From a virus, in the UHGV virus genome UHGV-0171102: a DNA stretch of 11,480 nt; one strand, written 5' to 3'. Positions 7,002 to 11,480 of the stretch are shown here, piece by piece. The notes under the pieces are model-generated. The model saw nothing but the letters and a program-made list of their open reading frames with translations. It ran no database searches and was not told the DNA's origin. Within the stretch, counting starts at the first letter, position 1; every line of letters begins with the position of its first letter. Both the position numbers and the translations under genes were made by a program.

Positions 7002-7027
7002 TCCGTTAGCGGGGATAATGACGGAGA

Positions 7028-7077
7028 TATCCTCTGGTGAGGATAAAACAAAGCCAGCTCATCGGCTGGCTGTTTGT
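7028..7077. terminator. Candidate bidirectional terminator between convergent terL (+) and the 123-aa ORF (-)
   Basis: Hairpin TATCCTC-TGGT-GAGGATA (7028-7045) and hairpin AGCCAGC-TCATCG-GCTGGCT (7052-7071). The second is flanked by TTTGTTTT on the minus strand and TGTTTGT on the plus strand. Confidence 0.4.
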
Positions 7078-7096
7078 GACATGTCACGGTGTTATT
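7075..7096. repeat. Copy 2 of the palindromic repeat: TGTGACATGTCACG + GTGTTAT
   Basis: GTGACATGTCAC at 7076-7087, identical to 4625-4636, with shared flanks. Abuts the stop codon (7092-7094) of the minus-strand ORF. Confidence 0.6.
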
Positions 7097-7463
7097 GCTC
7101 GCTTAACTTCTGCTTCAGCAAGTAACCTTCAAGCATCCAGATTTTGTTTACAGCATTCTGCCGGGCAATCTTCCGACCAATTTCCGCATCAAAGTTTTCT
7201 GGGCTTGCACAGGCGCTCTCTCCGGTGACGGTGAAGCCGTTGCGCAGCACCAGAACGCAGAACGTCAGCAGAGAAAGTGATTCGTTCGGCTGGTAGTTTA
7301 CCTCTCCGCCAGTATGTTTCGCTTTTATGGCCACGCCAAAGACACCATCTTCTGCTGTGAAATATGCCTCCTGAGCAATAATGCTCTCGATATGGTCTGG
7401 CGTAACGCGCGGCGCGGCTAAACCTTTAGCCTGAATTTCAGATTCAATGTCTTTGTCACTCAT
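7092..7463 (-). CDS. Hypothetical protein (123 aa), reverse-oriented moron; possibly N4 Gp49 / Sf6 gp66-like family (tentative)
   Basis: Minus-strand ORF with SD AAGGTGA about 9 nt upstream of ATG 7463. Convergent with terL and followed by a terminator hairpin. The family assignment is from memory and weak. Confidence 0.7.
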   Translation of the reverse strand: MSDKDIESEIQAKGLAAPRVTPDHIESIIAQEAYFTAEDGVFGVAIKAKHTGGEVNYQPNESLSLLTFCVLVLRNGFTVTGESACASPENFDAEIGRKIARQNAVNKIWMLEGYLLKQKLSEQ

Positions 7464-7479
7464 AGTCTATTCTCACCTT

Positions 7480-7504
7480 AAAAAAATGCCCGGCGAACCG
7501 GGCG
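7480..7504 (-). terminator. Intrinsic terminator-like hairpin (UUCG tetraloop) plus U7, directly abutting the RBS of the 123-aa ORF
   Basis: Minus-strand RNA GCCCGG-UUCG-CCGGGC followed by AUUUUUUU, then AAGGUGAGAAUAGACU-AUG. Confidence 0.5.
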
Positions 7505-7581
7505 AACTGGAGGCAATGAGTTATGCCTTCCGTGGCTGTACTGGTTTACAGCATGAAGTCATCGCAATGGCGTCCTGCTGT

Positions 7582-7624
7582 AAAAATGGCGGTGATAGTC
7601 CTTCAAGGGAAACCATCACCGCCA
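7582..7624 (-). terminator. Candidate tRNA terminator
   Basis: Perfect 10-bp inverted repeat TGGCGGTGAT / ATCACCGCCA (7587-7596 / 7615-7624) with an 18-nt loop, followed on the minus strand by UUUUU. Lies about 45 nt downstream of the tRNA 3' end. Confidence 0.45.
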
Positions 7625-7666
7625 AGCCCCTGGAACTTCTGGCATCACGGTCCTTAGGCGTGATTC

Positions 7667-7743
7667 TGGCGTGGCATGCAGGATTCGAACCTGCGACCAA
7701 CCGCTTAGAAGGCGGTTGCTCTGTCCAACTGAGCTAATGCCAC
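7667..7743 (-). tRNA. tRNA-Arg (anticodon UCU), phage-encoded, CCA encoded
   Basis: Reverse complement GTGGCAT-TA-GCTC-AGTTGGACA-GAGC-A-ACCGC-CTTCTAA-GCGGT-TGGTC-GCAGG-TTCGAAT-CCTGC-ATGCCAC-GCCA. Acceptor (7 bp), anticodon and T stems are perfect, with a 4-bp D stem and GTTCGAATC T-loop. Anticodon TCT. Confidence 0.9.
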
Positions 7744-8170
7744 AACGCTGAGAGCACTTAGCCTGTTAAGGCACCACACTTTGTCGCGGCTCCATAAATG
7801 CTCTCATCGTTGCACCCTCGTCTCTTCCGAGGTGTCACACCGAATCGCCGGGATGGTGAATCCCCGTGCGCGGAATAAAACCGCTCGACTTGCACATTCC
7901 GGCTACCTGGTTCGTTTGCCATAGCAAGGGAGGGTGCCCCTTAAACGTATCCAGACCGCTATCGGCGCATGTGCCATACACCGTACTGCTCAAAATAAAA
8001 GCTCACCCCACCTGTTCAATTTAACGACAAGCCAGTCAGGTTAATAACCGGAATGAACTCTTTGCTTACCTGAAAGGTAATAATTAGTGCGTTAAATGTC
8101 AAGTATCTACGATAAATAAATCACATGTGGTTAAATTGGTAATAATTTAATTGCGTACGGAGTCATTGAT

Positions 8171-8377
8171 ATGTGCATGGGTAGCTCACCATCAGTGCCT
8201 GCAACACCAGAAGTTCAGGCAGCACCACAGGAGCAGGATGCCGCCGTTGTTGATGCCCGCGACGAAGAAACTCGTCGCCGTCGCGCTGCTGCTGGTCGTA
8301 GTTCTACGCTGCTTACCGGTTCTCAGGGCGACACATCAACCGCTAATACCAGCGGTAAAACGCTGCTTGGTCAGTAA
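8171..8377 (+). CDS. Small low-complexity protein (68 aa) upstream of portal
   Basis: ATG with GGAG 8 nt upstream. Its translation-initiation region CGGAGTCATTGA-N-ATG is identical to that of the portal gene. Protein is rich in A/S/T/Q/R, likely disordered. Confidence 0.5.
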   Translation: MCMGSSPSVPATPEVQAAPQEQDAAVVDARDEETRRRRAAAGRSSTLLTGSQGDTSTANTSGKTLLGQ

Positions 8378-8391
8378 CCGGAGTCATTGAA

Positions 8392-10071
8392 ATGGCGGAA
8401 ACAACTAAAGAGCGATTGAACAAACAGTTCGCACAACTTGAAAGCGAGCGTCAGTCGTTCGAGCCGCACTGGCGCGAGTTGAGTGATTACATCAACCCGC
8501 GTGGTTCCCGCTTTCTGACTTCTGAGGTCAACCGTAACGATCGACGCAATACACGCATTATTGATTCGACCGGGACTATGGCGGCGCGCACTCTCGCCAG
8601 CGGCATGATGTCAGGCATCACAAGCCCCGCGCGTCCGTGGTTTCGCCTGGCTACGCCAGATCCTGAAATGATGGATTATGGCCCTGTTAAGTTGTGGCTT
8701 GAGGCGGTGCAGAACCGCATGAACGATATATTCAATAAGTCGAATCTCTACCAGTCTCTTCCGCAGTTATACGGAAGCCTCGGCACATACAGCACTGGTG
8801 CAATGGCGGTGCTGGAGGATGACGAGGACATCATTCGCACAATGCCATTCCCGATAGGCAGTTACTACCTGGCTAACTCACCTCGTGGCAGTGTGGACAC
8901 CTGTTTTCGCAAGTTCTCTATGACTGTTCGTCAGCTTGTTCAGGAGTTCGGGCTAAATAACGTCAGCGAATCCGTAAAAAGCATGTGGGAAAGCGGCACC
9001 TACGAGAAGTGGATTGAAGTGATGCATTCGGTTTACCCGAACATTGACCGCGATACATCGAAGCTGGATAGCAAGAACAAGCCATTCAAATCGGTTTATT
9101 ACGAGGTTGGTGGCGATAACGACAAGTTGTTGCGTGAGTCCGGATTCGATGAGTTTCCAATTATGGCTCCGCGCTGGGAAGTTAACGGCGAAGATGTTTA
9201 TGGATCATCATGCCCGGGTATGCTGGCGCTTGGACCTGTTAAGGCATTGCAGCTTCTCCAGAAGCGCAAGTCGCAGTTGATTGATAAAGCCACCAATCCG
9301 CCGATGGTTGCTCCGACTTCCCTCAAGAATCAGCGCGCCTCCCTTCTTCCTGGCGACATCACGTATATCGATCAGATTACTGGTCAGGATGGTTTCAGGC
9401 CTGCTTATCTGGTTAACCCCAGTACAGCAGATCTGGTAGCAGACATTCAGGACACCCGCCAAATCATTAACAGCGCCTACTTTGTCGATCTGTTCATGAT
9501 GTTGCAGAACATCAATACCCGCTCGATGCCTGTTGAAGCGGTGATCGAAATGAAAGAAGAAAAACTTCTGATGTTGGGGCCGGTTCTGGAGCGTCTGAAC
9601 GACGAATGTCTTAATCCTCTCATTGACCGCGCTTTCTCGATGATGGTGCGTAAAAACATGCTGCCGCCCCCGCCTGACGCGATGGAAGGTATGCCCCTGA
9701 AGGTCGAATACATTTCCGTCATGGCTCAGGCGCAGAAGTCTATCGGCCTGTCCAGTCTGGCGTCCACGGTTAACTTCATTGGTCAACTTGCGCAAGCGAA
9801 ACCAGAAGCTCTCGACAAACTCAACGTTGATCAGGCAATCGATGCATTCGCTGATATGTCCGGAGTGTCTCCAACCGTCATTGTTCCGCAGGAACAGGTT
9901 GAGCAGGCTCGCCAGCAACGGGCACAGCAGCAACAGCAGCAACAAATGATGGCGATGGGGATGGCGGCGGCACAGGGTGCCAAGACGCTAAGCGAAGCTA
10001 AAACTTCGGATCCGAGTGTTTTGTCAGCTATGGCGAATGCAGTTAGTGGTCAGGGTGGGCAATCACAATGA
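8392..10071 (+). CDS. Portal (head-to-tail connector) protein, T7-like family
   Basis: 559 aa. The Q-rich C-terminal tail ...QQQQQQQMMAMGMAAAQGAK... resembles the T7 gp8 C-terminus as I recall it. Sits between the terminase and the scaffold/capsid genes. Confidence 0.85.
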   Translation: MAETTKERLNKQFAQLESERQSFEPHWRELSDYINPRGSRFLTSEVNRNDRRNTRIIDSTGTMAARTLASGMMSGITSPARPWFRLATPDPEMMDYGPVKLWLEAVQNRMNDIFNKSNLYQSLPQLYGSLGTYSTGAMAVLEDDEDIIRTMPFPIGSYYLANSPRGSVDTCFRKFSMTVRQLVQEFGLNNVSESVKSMWESGTYEKWIEVMHSVYPNIDRDTSKLDSKNKPFKSVYYEVGGDNDKLLRESGFDEFPIMAPRWEVNGEDVYGSSCPGMLALGPVKALQLLQKRKSQLIDKATNPPMVAPTSLKNQRASLLPGDITYIDQITGQDGFRPAYLVNPSTADLVADIQDTRQIINSAYFVDLFMMLQNINTRSMPVEAVIEMKEEKLLMLGPVLERLNDECLNPLIDRAFSMMVRKNMLPPPPDAMEGMPLKVEYISVMAQAQKSIGLSSLASTVNFIGQLAQAKPEALDKLNVDQAIDAFADMSGVSPTVIVPQEQVEQARQQRAQQQQQQQMMAMGMAAAQGAKTLSEAKTSDPSVLSAMANAVSGQGGQSQ

Positions 10072-10364
10072 CAGATTACGAAGACGATCAACTGAAAGAA
10101 GAAAACGCCCGTAAGCAACGTGACATGGCACAGCGTGAAATTGATGACATTCGCTTTGTCATGAGCAGTGAACAGGGGCGTCGCGTTGTCTGGTCGGTGC
10201 TGGAGAAAGGCCGTGTGTTTTCTGCTATCTCACCGATGGACGCTATGGCTATGGCATTTAATGAGGGGCAACGCAATCTGGCGCTGGAACTGTTTCAGCG
10301 CGTTATGGCGCATTGCCCTGAACAGTATTTGAAGATGGCCAAAGAGGCCAGTGAACAGGAGTGA
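10068..10364 (+). CDS. Hypothetical head-module protein (98 aa)
   Basis: ATG overlaps the portal stop (ATGA); the scaffold-like gene starts 2 nt after its own stop. Confidence 0.7.
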   Translation: MTDYEDDQLKEENARKQRDMAQREIDDIRFVMSSEQGRRVVWSVLEKGRVFSAISPMDAMAMAFNEGQRNLALELFQRVMAHCPEQYLKMAKEASEQE

Positions 10365-10366
10365 TC

Positions 10367-11062
10367 ATGAATTTATTTGAGCGTTTGCTGTATCGCCGTC
10401 TTTGCAATGAGCAACCAGTCGATGGTGGAGCAGCTCCGGCTGCGTCAGAACCGTCAGCGCCTGCAGGTGATAACCCTGCTCCAGTTGGTGATCCATCACA
10501 ATCGGAAGGTGATAAGCCACAACCTGTTGCTGATGGCGATAAACCTGCTGATGACAAAAAGCCTGAAAACGATAAGCAGGATGAAAAAAAGGACGGCGAT
10601 AAACCAGAGGGTGCGCCTGAGAAGTACGAGTTTCAGGCTGCCGAAGGCGTAGAGCTGGATACAGAAGCGTTGAAGGAATTCGAGCCGGTGGCGCGAGAAC
10701 TAAACCTGACCAACGAGCAAGCGCAAAAGCTGGTTGATGCTTATCCGAAGATTCTGGCAGGTGTTCAGCAGCGCCAGGCAGAAGCCTGGCAGAAAACAAC
10801 CGAGCAGTGGGCTGCGGATGTAAAAGCTGACAAAGAAATCGGTGGCGACAAGTTGATTTCTAACCTTAGCGCCGCACAGCGTGCGCTTGACCAGTTCGGG
10901 ACACCTGAGCTCAAAGAATATCTGAACACCACCGGGCTGGGTAATCACCCTGATCTGGTCAAAACGTTCGTGAAAATCGGAAAGGCGATGTCTGAAGATG
11001 GCATGGTCACCGGTGGTAATGAAGGCCAGCGTAGTGCGGCCGAAGTGCTCTATGGCAAATAA
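10367..11062 (+). CDS. Acidic scaffold-like protein
   Basis: ATG with SD AGGAG 5 nt upstream. Highly acidic, P/A/D/K-rich low-complexity N-terminal half and helical C-terminal half, located between portal and capsid. Confidence 0.65.
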   Translation: MNLFERLLYRRLCNEQPVDGGAAPAASEPSAPAGDNPAPVGDPSQSEGDKPQPVADGDKPADDKKPENDKQDEKKDGDKPEGAPEKYEFQAAEGVELDTEALKEFEPVARELNLTNEQAQKLVDAYPKILAGVQQRQAEAWQKTTEQWAADVKADKEIGGDKLISNLSAAQRALDQFGTPELKEYLNTTGLGNHPDLVKTFVKIGKAMSEDGMVTGGNEGQRSAAEVLYGK

Positions 11063-11076
11063 GAGAGGAAATGACA

Positions 11077-11480
11077 ATGGCTGTTAAAGGCTTAACTGCG
11101 CTAACGCTGGCTGACTGGGGTAAGCGCGTCGATCCAAACGGGAAAGTCGATAAGATTATCGAGCTTCTCGGTCAAACTAACCCGATCCTTCAGGATATGC
11201 CTTTTGTCGAAGGGAACCTTCCTACCGGACACCGAACCACCATTCGTTCTGGTTTACCTTCAGCTACCTGGCGTTTGCTGAACTATGGCGTACAGCCAAG
11301 CAAATCAACCACAGTGCAGGTAACCGATTCCGTTGGCATGCTGGAAACCTATGCGGAAGTCGATAAGTCACTGGCTGATCTGAACGGCAATACCGCCGAA
11401 TTCCGCCTTTCTGAAGACCGCGCATTTATTGAAGCGATGAATCAGCAGATGGCGCAGACGCTGTTTTATGGTGATTCCAG
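11077..11480 (+). CDS. Major capsid protein, 5' portion (3'-partial at window end)
   Basis: Own translation from ATG 11077 (SD GAGG 8 nt upstream) gives MAVKGLTALTLADWGKRVDPNGK... with no stop to the window end. Position after the scaffold gene, plus a distant pattern similarity to T7 gp10. Confidence 0.65.
   Translation, partial: MAVKGLTALTLADWGKRVDPNGKVDKIIELLGQTNPILQDMPFVEGNLPTGHRTTIRSGLPSATWRLLNYGVQPSKSTTVQVTDSVGMLETYAEVDKSLADLNGNTAEFRLSEDRAFIEAMNQQMAQTLFYGDS

Noticed and set aside
7447-7737. 96-aa plus-strand ORF
   Set aside because: Overlaps the tRNA gene and the terminator hairpins; no RBS; the region is explained by RNA features.
7667-7743. Possibility that the tRNA is an amber suppressor explaining the in-frame TAG codons
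   Set aside because: The anticodon read from the sequence is UCU (Arg), not CUA.
8151-8390. Alternative 79-aa TTG-start ORF with a hydrophobic stretch, overlapping the 68-aa ORF in another frame
   Set aside because: TTG start without SD, whereas the overlapping frame has ATG plus GGAG at proper spacing. Kept only as a less likely alternative.
9208-9945. 245-aa minus-strand ORF inside the portal gene
   Set aside because: Fully embedded antisense to a well-supported portal gene, with no RBS and an odd composition; a typical spurious antisense ORF. The same applies to minus-strand ORFs 5759..6265, 6617..6976 (inside terL), 3386..3832, 902..1186, 1191..1553 and 2..253.
1-11480. Genome-wide stop-codon reassignment (TAG recoded)
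   Set aside because: Only two in-frame TAGs, both in early or accessory genes. The long terL, portal and scaffold frames contain none, and no suppressor tRNA is present.
1-11480. CRISPR arrays, IS elements/transposases, integrase or att sites
   Set aside because: No regularly spaced direct repeats, no transposase- or integrase-like ORFs, and no duplicated tRNA fragment visible within the window.

Overview
This window is a segment of a temperate, mosaic lambdoid-type phage or prophage from an enterobacterial-like host (about 50% GC), with almost all genes on the + strand. It runs from the 3' end of a lambda P-like replication gene, through a nin-like accessory block, to terminase small and large subunits, a reverse-strand moron (123-aa ORF plus tRNA-Arg(UCU)), and the start of a head module with a T7-like portal. 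No integrase, Q-like antiterminator, lysis cassette, CRISPR array or IS element is visible. The most notable observations are: (1) two genes, the P-like gene and a TGT/DpdA-like transglycosylase gene, are each interrupted by a single in-frame TAG with the frame continuing afterwards, and no gene in the window uses TAG as its normal stop; (2) the TGT/DpdA-like gene suggests 7-deazaguanine DNA modification; (3) a 14 bp + 7 bp palindromic repeat brackets the terminase genes. All product calls rest on motifs and on homologies recalled from memory, not on database searches.
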